Origin: Prorocentrum cordatum | Taxonomy: Eukaryota | Direction: 5' to 3' | Length of the DNA stretch: 64,000 nucleotides | Assembly (NCBI GenBank): GCA_963575745.1 | Contig: CAUYUJ010000081.1 | Span: 1-64,000, forward strand | Shown here: positions 36,421 to 48,430 of the stretch, one piece after another | How the letters are laid out: the number at the start of each line of letters is the position of its first letter | How positions within the stretch are numbered: the stretch's first letter is position 1 | Position numbers and translations under genes: made by a program | Notes under the pieces: generated by a model | Told to the model about the DNA's origin: nothing | Database searches by the model: none | Seen by the model: only the letters and a program-made list of their open reading frames with translations

Positions 36421-36521
36421 CTGCATCGTGCCCGGCGGCCGCCAGAGGCCCGAGCTGCTGCGGAGAAGCCACGGCGGCAGGCTGGCGCCGCGCTCGGCAG
36501 CAGTGGGCCCATCTGGGGCCC
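36421..36521 (-). CDS. Candidate exon (GAPDGPTAAERGASLPPWLLRSSSGLWRPPGTMQ)
   Basis: Pyrimidine-rich CCCCAG|G acceptor, CAG|GC donor, 101 nt, phase 1/0. Confidence 0.45.
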
Positions 36522-38532
36522 CTGGGGCAGGCAGAGACGACCCGGCATGCAGAGCCAGCCACGGGGGAGGAGGAGGAGGAGGACGAGGAGGAGGAGGAGG
36601 AGGAGGAGGAGGAAGAGGAGGAGGGGGAGGAGGGGGAGGAGGAGGAGTGGTCGAGAGGTCCGGGGGGGCCACGTCTCGACGGAAAGCTAGAGTCGCCCCG
36701 GATCTCTGCCGCTCTCCACGGCTGTGAGACTACAGCCAAAGAGTGTGCGTGTGTGTGTGTGTGTGCGTCGCGAGGAAATGTGGATCAGACAATAAGCCGC
36801 CCCCTTTGGTCTCCATTGTGCCCACATGCACGAGGAGCGCCAAAGGAAGACCCATGCAATCATCCAAGGATTATCGGGCCCCTTCCGACGCCAAAGACGA
36901 CGATGTTCCAACGTCTCGAATGTGTGAGGGCGGTGCCGTTCAAGAACAGGGCGCCTACTTGGTGGCACCGCCTCTCGTCAGGCGATATGCGATGCTGCTC
37001 ACATCTCCGCTGGTGCGGCTACTGCCCTCGGGCTGACCCTGTAGCGCTTCTCCCCCCCCTCACGTACCCTTTCGGCCTCGGCGGGCCAACGGGCCAGCAG
37101 TGCAACCTGGGGCCGCCCGAGCCGTCGCATTTCCCATGCCTCTTAGACGCAACTGCGACGCATCGGCGATACATCGGCGATACATCGGCGATGCATCGGC
37201 GACGTCGACGTGGAGAAAATCGAGCTCCACATCGACCCGCATCGCCGATGCATCGGCGATGTGGCGCGATCCTCCAACCCCACCTGCTCGGATCCAAGCC
37301 GGGAGGCCTGGGTTCAAGAAGCCTACGGAAGGCCTCTAAGAGACCCCCAGGGCTCGAGGCTGCGCCTCCGCGGATGCTCGCCCTCTGGCCTGCACGCCCG
37401 AGGTCGGTGCGGAAAACATCAGGGCGATGCCTGACAGCAAGTCGTGCCCAAGCGAACAGCGGCCACGCATGGGCAAGTGGCTTCTGGTCTCAAATGGCCA
37501 ACGTCCGAACCGACACCCGGCACCGAACCCTCCTCAACTGGTCCGGAACGACTGCTGGTACTCGCCCCCGTGCGCTCTGTACCAATTTCCATCGCGCAGA
37601 TCTGAGAGCACGCAACTCCGCGCCCAGCGCTGCGCCGCGTGCGGTCGTCCCCGCGCTCTCGCGCCGCCCTCTCTGGGGAGGAGAAGGCAATCCTGTCAAA
37701 CCCTCCCAGTCTAGGGAACGGCAGTGTGTGGCTACACTGGAGGCCAGTCAACAAGAGACCTTCAGCAAGAAACCCAACCCCTGAGACCCCAGGACGTCCA
37801 TTCATTTCTGGTATGGGAACGTCACGCTCTCCATGGCAAAACCATCAAAACCCGAGAAACCCAGGGCACCTTGCTTTTCTCTGGGCAAAGACAACACATG
37901 CTTCTCCCTGGGTGAGACACCCGCCCGGCGCCCCTACCGCTGGATCGAACGTGCGAACCCGCCACCTGGCGGCACAAGGGTTGTCTTCGAGCCCTTGACC
38001 TGCGGGATTCCTGAATCTGGAAAGAGGAAGAGGAGGAGGAGGAGGAGGAGGAGGAGGAGGAGGAGGAGGAGGAGGAGGAGGAGGAGGACGAGGACGAGGA
38101 GGAGCAGGAGTAGCAGATCAGCGCACCAGGGTGCGGGGGCGGGCGGCCGAGCGGTCCTCAGCCGACCACGGAGGTGGAACATGAACATACGGTTTCGTGG
38201 TCCGCGCCGATTTCTTGGATCGGCGCTGGTTGACCCCCATTGGCGCACGGAACTCGCCAACGGTGGCCATGGAGGCGCCGCCCATGGGGGCCAACGCAAA
38301 TCCAAACATCTGCGCGGACCTCCGAACGTCTGTTTTGATTGCGCAAGTGTTTCCTCGAGCTTTGCTCGAGAAGCCCTCCGGCCTGCGGGCCGCAGCCCCT
38401 AACCCAAACCGAAAAGGAAACGCGCCTCTGCGGGCTGCTCCTGGCCGCCTTCGCGTTGCCAGACCGGCGGGCGCGTGCAAGGCAACAGCGCAGTGCAGAG
38501 AGGAGGAAGAGGAGGAGGAGGAGGAGGAGGAG

Positions 38533-38566
<34 letters not shown>

Positions 38567-41500
38567 AGCAATGAGCAATGAGCAGTGCGCGGGGACTTCA
38601 CATGCGCTCCTCAACCACATACTACTAAACTGGCAAAGAACTCTGCGCAACCCAATCAAGCGGAAGCGGGTTATCCTTCAAGAAGCGAGGTGCGGTGACC
38701 CGCCCTGGCTGGACCAACACTGCACGCGAACCGTGGCGAACCCTCAGACGCCGCGCAGGCGTACACGAGGGGACCACATAGGAAACCGACCCACGACTGG
38801 ATCCGCGGCCCTTGTTACTGCCTTTCCCTCGATGTGGAGCCTGCTGAGGAGCCACAACTAAGGGAACAAGGGGAGGACTTGGACTCGCATACGTACGAAA
38901 ACCGCTAACTTTGGTAAAGGTCTGGGATACTGCCTTGAGCCGCAACGAAAGAAAACGCTCACTACCCTGAAAAGCTCCCATACTCAACTGGTGCGTCTCC
39001 CTCACTCCAGAACGGCTCCTTTCACGGCCTCGCACGGTGAGGCTGATCATCTCTCCACCACGCGTCCTCATCGGCCGAGATGCGGAACAAGCCAGTGAAA
39101 CCATCCGCGGCAAGACGAATCGAAGGATCCCATCGGTCACAACTCTGGCACATATCTTTCCCTTTTCCGAACAGGCGGTGGAAACTACACTTCGATTGAC
39201 GGACATCATAGGGCAAGTCCGCGCAGATGCGCAGTGGGTGCTGCGCCTGGTCCCTGGGGCCCACCCAGAGCATGCCCACATGTTGTAAAAGGTATGAACC
39301 CACGGGCCACCAATGCAAACTCGAATTCGATGGAATACCTCTGGCTGGCTGGATGGAGCGCTGGCGTGGCGCCGTCGTTGACGCGGTTACGGAAACGATG
39401 CTGAAGTTGGCGCCAGTGGACCTCGCGAGTCCGCTGTAGGACTAGCCATGGAAGCGTTCCCACAACGCTGAACGTGGGATTGCTGTCGCAGATCTGGTCG
39501 ACACCACGGCCCCGTTTTGGGCCGTTGGCCGTTGGGCTAAGCTCGTGCCGATATCGAAGACCCTCCCCCCAAAAAATACAACCACTGGCAGCCGATGAAT
39601 GACCATCAGCTGCACGCAGTTCTTGAAGTTCCTTGTTCTGACCGTCTCTGTCCCTGTCAACTCATTCACACAGTCATTCACTCCAGCCAGGATGGGAGGA
39701 AGATGAGCACGAGGAGCAAGAGGAGGAGGAGGAGGGGGAGGAGGAGGAGGAGGAGGAGGAGGAGGAGGAGGAGGAGGAGGAGGAGCAGGAGGAGCAGCAT
39801 GAGCGGGAGGAAAAACCCTCGCAGCCCCCACCCCGCCGCCCCGCCCGCCCAGGGGCGGCCTCGAGGACGCAGCCGTCGCGGTCCTCTCGCGGGAGTTGCG
39901 CGCGCGAGCGACAGGCGGGTGCCCCCCCCACCCCCCCGCGCCGCTTTCCAGCTGGCGGGAGGGCGCCCGTCTTCGCTCCCCACGGCGAAGAGAACCCAAA
40001 CATCCGACGTTGGACGCCCGAAATGGACACGGAACCCAACAACAAACGTTGTCCAAAACCAACAGTGGCCGCTCTTGGGCAGGCGGCCTTCCGTACCCAA
40101 TGGGCAACGTCCGCGGCGACACTGGCAGCGAATCCGAGTCAAACTGAACAAAAACTGCCCTCGGTCTTCGTGCCCAGTCTTTCCGTGCCCACTTGGCGGG
40201 TTCCAGACCAACGTCTCAAACAAACATAGTTTTCGTCAGATTCCGGAGGTTTCCCGACGCTTGGCCACGAGAGCGTGCATCTGGAGCACGAGCCCTTCGC
40301 CGAAGTCCCCAGGCCCCGTGGGGGCGTCCAAGACGAAGGGCAGTCCAAGGCGGGGAGCTTTAGCGTGAAGAACACAAGGGCTCCCCTCCTCAACTGCAAG
40401 AGTAGTATCAAACCTCGTGTCAGCTGTACCTGACATGCTCGTGACAGCCCAGCCCTTGGCTGCCCCTGCCTTGTTGGCTTTGAAGCAGTTAGTCGCCGGC
40501 CCAACGGGCGGGAGAAGCCCGGTCAAATCCGTTCAGAGATGGCTTTCCTCCTGGGTGCGGCCTGTCAGGCGCCCCAAAGCGCTCCAAGAGGACCCCAAGA
40601 GTTCCCCAAGACGGTCCAAGAGGGCTCCGAGTCGCCGACCGATCCGTCCAAGACGCCCAAGATGGTTTTCAGACAGCCGAAGACGCCTCCAAGACGCCCG
40701 AAGAAGACTCAAAAAAGCGTCCCAACCGGTGGCTTTCGAAGAATGTGGGCCTTATCGCCTCTTCGGCTTCCCGGCGCTCCAAGACGGCCCAAGATTGCCC
40801 CAAAACGGCCCACTATGCCGTAAACCTGGCACCAAAACGGCCCAAGAGGGCTCCAAGACTGCCCAAGAAGCCTCCCAAACAGCCCAAGAGGCCCCCAAGA
40901 CGGCTCCAACAGGTGGACCATATTGGGGCCGAATGAAGTCCAACATCCTCGCACGAATTAACGCGCCCCCCCCCCCGAAATTCCGTCATAGCCGCAAACG
41001 GACCCCAAACAAACAACGTGTGGCCCAACAGCGTAACTCCATAGGTAACAAGCCCCGCTCCATGGGTGACAAGCCCAACTCACGATGGTGCCACATACCC
41101 ATGACGACCCCCAACAAGCTCTCCAGAAACTACACAAGAACTGCTTCACCTCCAAAACTGCAGACGTAATGCCGCCGGAAAACGACCACCGCCAAGCAAT
41201 GCAACATGGGAAACGACGCGCGGGCAAAAGCCAGCAAGTCCACATTGTGGGCCGGCGGAATGAGCGAAGCGATTCACTGACAGATACCTGCGTGTACGTA
41301 CATGCACGTTTGTTGGTTGATCCTGCTTGCCCTGGTTCGTCGAGCGTGCTGCAAATGCCCCGTCCATCCCCCTGACTCTCCACCCACCCACCAGTGCCCA
41401 CCCGCGTCGTCAGCAAAATCACGACAGAAGGCTCTTCGTCAGGTGAGTCTCGGATTTCAACGGCCCTTACCACGAGCCAAGACTGCCAAAGATGACTCTG

Positions 41501-42354
41501 GATGAAAAGTCCGTCACGCGGAAGTGGTCCATTCATCCCTCCGTGCAGTCAAACTCTTGCTACGAGAACCCTGGACGCGTCCACTACATCCAACATCCCT
41601 CCCGCACCCTCCACCACCCTCCCTGCTGCTTCGGATTACATGAGTATCGTTTAACCGATCCCCATCCCCAGCAGCGTGGCCTGGGCCCCACTGGCCGATT
41701 TACCCCCCTAGATGAGGACATAGGTCGCTCCCTTCGGGTTTCGAGGGGTGCATCGCCAACTGGGGTGGTAATTTGGTGGGGGTCTCGAAGGGGATGGGGT
41801 GGGGATGGGGACTCGATGAGCGATGCCAACGACAGGTTCCTGCGCATGGGGCACGGGGGTCAGGGGGTCCCTCCCAGACTGAAGGGGCCCTGGGACACAC
41901 AAGTACATACACGCACAAATAGAAGGATTCCCCATATCTTCCTATTTTCTGGGTTTTTGTCTTCCCCTCCACTTCCCATATGTTCCAACATTTTCCTGGG
42001 AGTGGACGATTACTTGTGTCTGTGTGGTTCTTCCCCTCCTGACAGACCCCCGGAGGTTGGGGGAGCGGAGCCGCTCGGCCGCCCCCGGAGGGAGCAGCAG
42101 GGCCGGGGGAAGCAGCGGGGAGGGGGAGGAGGAGGGAATGGGGCAGGAGGAGGCGGAGGAAGACAATAATCAGGGGAACAACGAGTGGCATAAACATAAC
42201 AACTCAGAGGTCCGTGCGGGTTTCTCGGATCGGCGCTGGCGCCTGGGGTGGGCGGCAGGAGAAAATTATCCTGGCGAAGGACCCAACCATATGCAGTTGT
42301 GAATGCCGCAATTGTGAATGCCATCTTCGCCTGCGCTCCCTATGTGGCCACGGC

Positions 42355-42552
42355 TTCCCGCCGGAGCCCGACATGCTCAGGGACACGTTCGTGGCCGTCT
42401 TCGCGGGCGCCGACGACGACAAGGACGGCGTCCCTCTCACCGAGGAGCAGAAGCAGGAGAAGGCCTTGAGAGCCATGAGGGAGGAGGTGGCGTTGCACGT
42501 CGACAAGGCGGAGTACGACGCCCATGCGCGGTTGTTGAAGCAGCGCAACTAT
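42355..42552 (+). pseudogene. Coding fragment, possibly the N-terminal (DUF6570-like) region of a Helitron Rep/Hel protein
   Basis: Very high GC3 frame FPPEPDMLRDTFVAVFAGADDDKDGVPLTEEQKQEKALRAMREEVALHVDKAEYDAHARLLKQRNY. The 'VxFxG...LxV....LK..NY' pattern recalls Helitron proteins. Assignment from memory. Confidence 0.45.
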
Positions 42553-44065
42553 GGGGCCACGATCCTCGTGAGGGATGTGCCGCTATGGCCCGGGGCCGCC
42601 ATGCGAACCCTGCCACTGGCGCCTTCGGTGGAGCTCCAGTGGGGCCACGGTCCTCGTGAGCCGAAATGGCCCGAGGCCGCCATGCGAACCCTGCCACTGG
42701 GGCCTTCGGTGGAGCTCCCCATAGGGCCACGATCCTCGTGAGGGGTGTGCCGAAATGGCCCGAGGCCGCCATGCGAACCCTGCCACTGGCGCCTTCGGTG
42801 GAGCTCCCTATGGGGCCACGATCCTCGTGAGGGGTGTGCCGAAATGGCCCGAGGCCGCCATGCGAACCCTGCCACTGGCGCCTTCGTGGAGCTCCCTATG
42901 GGGCCACGATCCTCGTGAGGGGTGTGCCGAAATGGCCCGAGGCCGCCATGCGAACCCTGCCACTGGGGCCTTCGGTGGAGCTCCCTATGGGGCCACGATC
43001 CTCGTGAGGGGTGTGCCGAAATGGCCCGAGGCCGCCATGCGAACCCTGCCACTGGCGCCTTCGGTGGAGCTCCCTATGGGGCCACGATCCTCGTGAGGGG
43101 TGTGCCGAAATGGCCCGAGGCCGCCATGCGAACCCTGCCACTGGCGCCTTCGGTGGAGCTCCCTATGGGGCCACGATCCTGATGAGGGGTGTGCCGAAAT
43201 GGCCCGAGGCCGCCATGCGAACCCTGCCACTGGCGCCTTCGGCGGGGCTCCCTATGGGGCCACGATCCTCGTGAGGGGTGTGCCGAAATGGCCCGAGGCC
43301 GCCATGCGAACCCTGCCACTGGGGCCTTCGGTGGAGCTCCCTATGGGGCCACGATCCTCGTGAGGGGTGTGCCGAAATGGCCCGAGGCCGCCATGCGAAC
43401 CCTGCCACTGGCGCCTTCGGTGGAGCTCCCTATGGGGCCACGATCCTCGTGAGGGGTGTGCCGAAATGGCCCGAGGCCGCCATGCGAACCCTGCCACTGG
43501 CGCCTTCGGTGGAGCTCCCTATGGGGCCACGATCCTCGTGAGGGGTGTGCCGAAATGGCCCGAGGCCGCCATGCGAACCCTGCCACTGGCGCCTTCGGTG
43601 GAGCTCCCTATGGGGCCACGATCCTCGTGAGGGGTGTGCCGAAATGGCCCGAGGCCGCCATGCGAACCCTGCCACTGGGGCCTTCGGTGGAGCTCCCTAT
43701 GTGGCCACGATCCTCGTGAGGGGTGTGCCGAAATGGCCCGAGGCCGCCATGCGAACCCTGCCACTGGCGCCTTCGGCGGGGCTCCCTATGGGGCCACGAT
43801 CCTCGTGAGGGGTGTGCCGAAATGGCCCGAGGCCGCCATGCGAACCCTGCCACTGGCGCCTTCGGTGGAGCTCCCTATGGGGCCACGATCCTCGTGAGGG
43901 GTGTGCCGAAATGGCCCGAGGCCGCCATGCGAACCCTGCCACTGGAGCCTTCGGTGGAGCTCCCTATGGGGCCACGATCTTCGTGAGGGGTGTGCCGAAA
44001 TGGCCCGAGGCCGCCATGCGAACCCTGCCAGTGGGGCCTTCGGTGGAGCTCCCTATGGGGCCACG
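42549..44065 (+). repeat. 89-bp tandem array, ~17 near-identical copies
   Basis: Unit CTATGGGGCCACGATCCTCGTGAGGGGTGTGCCGAAATGGCCCGAGGCCGCCATGCGAACCCTGCCACTGGCGCCTTCGGTGGAGCTCC; no unique spacers. Confidence 0.98.
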
Positions 44066-45688
44066 AAGCGGTGGGTGAAACGCAGGGATGAAGAGGAGGA
44101 AGGGGGCAGCGGGAGGAGTGGACGCGGGGCGCTGTCTCTTCAAAACGAGGACCCAACACCACAGGATGGTTGGGAATAAGGAGCGGCGAAGCACTGGCGA
44201 GCATTGCAGCACTCGTCGCCGCCGAACCGGCCTGCCAAAAAACGGGACCGCGGTGTGGCCGCCGAACCGAAACGGCCAAACAAACCCGACCGACAGATCA
44301 AACTCCTGAGAACTGGCCAGCCGCCGACACCGAAATGCGCCCTCTGCCGAGCCGGCCCGAATCGTATGTACCAAACCAGGCCCTTCCTGGAAGTGTCGAG
44401 CGGTGCGATAGTGACGAGGGCCCGCCTCCATCTGTGTAACTGTTGGACACCAAACCGCAGCATGTGAGACAGCGGCAAGGGCAGCTCCTCCTGCTACCAA
44501 TAAACTTTCAGACGCGCCGAACAAAAAACAAATGGGGGCTCTTCTGGCCACCGGGAGCCTTGGCCACGCATGGGTCCCGCGACCTGGACCGCAAAAGTGG
44601 CCCGAACAAAAACCCGAAGTGGTCCCCAGTAGCTAGATTCTAATATAACAGGGCGGCCCAAGCGCACGTTTGCGTATCTGGTCTTCGATCACCTGGGGCG
44701 GGCGGGGTGTCGGTTGTCGGCTTGTGCCTCGGTGGTGGGTCGGGGCTGGTGGCGGTAGCGATACCGCGGCCCCGTGAGGGGCCGGGGGCGCGAGTGCCGA
44801 AAGATGGCCCCCCGCCTTTCTTTTCTTCCTTTCTTGTCATGCGCTTCGCGATGGGTCGCGTATTTCAACGGGGTCACCCGGGCGATCAACTATGCGTAGT
44901 GCGTCCCCCCCTTGGCGATGTTTCTTTCTTTCGTACGGCCGTTGGTGCAATCCGCACGCGTGCTGGAAAATGGCGAAAGCAATTATGACACCCTGGGGGC
45001 TGGGTGCGCACCATGTAATTGCATGTCGGGATCATTCGAAAGCCCTTGCGCGCGTGCTGGGGGGGGCGCCATGCGTGTCAAATAACACCACGCGGGCCAC
45101 TCGGCGCATCGGCCGCGCGTGCATGGCCGACGCGATGACGTCATCATCGACATCGGCGGGCGCGATCAGCATCGGCGCCGTCATTGGCCTTGCTGTCGTC
45201 GTCGCCACCATCGTCACCATCATCGCTACTGTCATACTCGTGTCTACCGTGGTCGGCGTCGCCATGATACCGCGCCCGCCCAAGTCACCGAGTCGCACTG
45301 CGGTGCCCGCTGGAAGTGCCCAGCGGTCAACGCCACCGCGGCCGCGTCGGTCGCGCCAAATTAGCTGGCCTCTGTGCGCGCGAGCATGCGCGGGCTAGCG
45401 TCGCCGCGCTGATGCACTAGCCAACGCCAAGCACTCATCATAATCGCCGCCGCATGGGTTCTGCAAACCAAATTGCGAGTGGCTAGGAGGTTCGCAACAG
45501 CGTGGCGTTTACCAACTCATGTGGAAAAAAGAAACGATGACACCCTTAAGTTCATGATGGCCCCGAGGGCCGGGTGCGTACCATGTAACAACTTGAGAAC
45601 CTGCCGACGCACGCCTGACTAACCCTGTGCCGTTGATAATCACACCATGTGGATCATATATTTCGGGGTGGGCCCCGGGATGATAATT

Positions 45689-46348
45689 CGCCGACCCACC
45701 GGGCCAGAGGCGCGCTAAGATCCCCGGCGACTGTTTCACAATATTTCTACCTCGCGCGCGCGGGGCGGCCCCTAGGGGTCCCCGGACGCGAAACACCCCG
45801 GCCACATCCCCGGCAGGGTCGGGCCAGAGATGGTTTTCCTCCTGGGCGCCCGAAAGCGATCCAAGAGGACCCCCAAAGGAGCATACGACGGTCCAAGATG
45901 GCTCCGAATCGTCGAACGATCGGTCCGAAACACCCACGATGGCTTCCAGACGTCCCGCGACGCGCACAAGACCCCCGAAGAGGCCACCAAGAGGCCTCCC
46001 AAGAGAGCCCCAAGAAGGCCCGGAGAGGCCCCCAGACGGTCCAAGACGACCCCAAAAGGGGCCCAGCGGCGCCCATGATCGCCAAAGAGGGCTCAAAGAC
46101 GGCCCCAAAAGGGGGAACACGAACCACCAATTCGAGCTTTCCGCCCCAGGAAGCCCCCAGGAGGCCCCAAGAGACCCCCAAGAGAGCCCAGGAGGTTCCC
46201 TGGAGGCCCCACGAGACCCCCAAGAGGCCGAAAAAGAAGCTCCCAAAGGCCCCAAAACGGACCCCAAGAAGCCCCAATAGGCCACGAACGCGTAGGCAAA
46301 CGCCTGCGATGGCACAGTACGGGCTGGCGGAATGAGTGAAGCGATTGA
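45689..46348 (+). mobile_element. ~660-bp non-autonomous element with CCAAGA(G/C)GGCC-type internal repeats, flanked by a possible TSD (ATAATT)
   Basis: ATAATT at 45683-45688 and 46349-46354. The 3' end GGCGGAATGAG.GAAGCGATT is shared with ~41255. Similar internal repeats at ~22830-22960, 40570-40910, 48450-48560 and 63480-63590. Confidence 0.6.
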
Positions 46349-47077
46349 ATAATTTGTGTTTAGAGAATGTATGGATGGGTCTTGACAGACCTTTCAGCTG
46401 ATCTGGAAAAGCCTTCCCCTGGAGTTTGTTAGATGGAATTGGGCGACCACGAATCCTGAAAAAACAAACGATGGAAACATGACGCAGTGGCCACTATTAG
46501 GGGGCTCGCCTGCCAAAAGAAGATGATGATGAGGATAACTCCGGAGAGTTCAACTGTCGGACCTGTCAAGTTACAGATGTAAAGCTGAGAAGTGTCTTGG
46601 TGGTTTCTTCTTGTCGTGGCTGCACACTGGGTGTGATAACCAATGAGGGCGATCGATAAATTCACCTGGGGCGCGTTCGGCGAGAACGGCGATGAGCGGC
46701 GGTAGCTTCTTTTGTTTAATGAATCCTATGCCCACCGAGATATAGCAAACGTGCCGCTAAGGCACCACATGGGGCCACGTACCATGTGAGGGGTTACCAG
46801 GTTACCAGAAGCGATGATGATGACAGAATGCTGATGGTACAAAGGATGCAAATTATGTAATGATTCACTGTACGATTCGTGCTTTCCTTTGCGGTAATGA
46901 TATTCGGCCTCGCCGCTCCGCCGGCCGAATATGAGTACCCCATGGATAACCATGACTCAGGGATTAAGGGGGTGGGTGCTTTCTTATCGTCGGCATGCTG
47001 TTACGCATAGCAGACATCAGGCACCGGGCAGAAGAGGGAAGGGGAGGGCAGAGAGGAAGCCCTGAGTACAACATGAG

Positions 47078-48430
47078 CTATACTAGGTGCTGGGAAATTC
47101 TATCCAATGCCCAATCTAAAGCTGTGGCCTCACACTGGAAGGCCGAGTTCAATTTGGTGACCTTCTCGGCGATGAGCCCGCAGCAACGATATTGCACCCC
47201 AGCAGAAGCATCCTTCTGGGAGCCGTAGACCACCATCCTGGTTGCAGCCAACTGGTTGCCGTCCGAATCCCACGTTTCCCGCAAGCCACCGTCAACGCAA
47301 ACTTTGAATGCCCCACCTGCGCGCGCATGTTCGCAGATTCCCACGGGGTCCAGGGAGCCAACGTGAGCTTTCGAGTACACTGCCAAATTGACAATGTGAT
47401 CAACTGTAGTGTTGGTCGATCCGGGGTCTACGTGCGGGTCGATGTCCATCCGGGGTTTCCAGGGCGACCGATCCGTCTGAAGAGCGGCTCGAACTGGGGT
47501 GCAAGGCCAACGGCCTCGCCGTTGACCACCTGCGCAACGCCCAAACAATCAACCTGGATCCACAAACGTCTTGTTGCGCGCCCCAACAAGCATCGCCAGG
47601 ATGTGGCGGCTGACCCAGGAGAATGGCCGAAACGCGATCGACAGGAGGACGACATGTATGTGGAGCTCGTTCTGGTGGAGGGCAGATATCATGCAGGGCG
47701 GGAGCGTTAACAAAACTTTCGGAACCGCGTCACCATTCGGAGCGGGGGCCGCAACGTCGCCGCGCACAGCGCCACTCCGACCCGCAAATTTTGCAATTGG
47801 TATTCCCATGCAGCACGGTGCCCAAGGCGAGAATGCACGATGCCACTACAGTCCGCCACCAGACTTGGCTCCAGTGCTCCCGTGCTGAAAGTAAAGGGTT
47901 ATGCCCAGATGTTAAAACAGCGCATTGTTCGTCCCAAGCTGCAGCGCGGATAGCGCGCGAGATGCGGTGGGCACAGAACTTGACGCTGGCATCTTCGAAC
48001 CATTTGCGCATAAGATTCGCCGACCTCCGGTTGGAAGATTCAGGGCCCTGGTCTGGTCGCCTGTGCAGGCGAAGCATTTAACGAAGTCGCTTGTACTCCC
48101 ACTGCTGCACTTCTTGCAGGAGGTCGGCCGTGAAGTGCGAAGATTCACATCCAAACACTGCCGAAGTAGCTGGGGACTAGCTCCAAAGCAGATGCGTGGG
48201 ATAACACGGCCGCGCGTTTGGAGGAGGTGACGATACTAACAAAATGTTATATCTCCTGGGGCTTGTCGGAAACGCATGTTTGAAACTTAGCTTCCTTGTT
48301 TGTCAAAGCGTTCGCCAAGGAGGGCACTTTCATCCACGACGTCGTGAACGTGTTGGTGACCTCTGCGTTCGACAGCGAATTCGTAAGTGAAGCTACCGGC
48401 AAAATCCACCTCCATGGAGAATAACATACC
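47078..48430 (-). mobile_element. Degenerate non-LTR retrotransposon 3' region with two RNase H-like segments
   Basis: WVSRHILAM (RWAGH-like), SQVWWRT; then LWIQVDCLGVAQVVNGEA and NTTVDHIVNLA; then VCVDGGLR...VVYG...SAFQCEATALDWAL. Confidence 0.7.

Noticed and set aside
38600..39600. Further LINE remnants (also ~32540-33170 and ~45480-46960)
   Set aside because: Only faint 'LWVGP/FGVGPG'-like hints; too eroded to call.
42549..44065. CRISPR array
   Set aside because: Units are contiguous and near-identical, with no unique spacers and no cas genes; eukaryotic context.
42549..44065. Tandem SL-RNA gene array (the unit contains GCCATTTCGGC on the minus strand)
   Set aside because: Only ~13/21 match to DinoSL; it lacks the GGCTCAAG end and the following GT.
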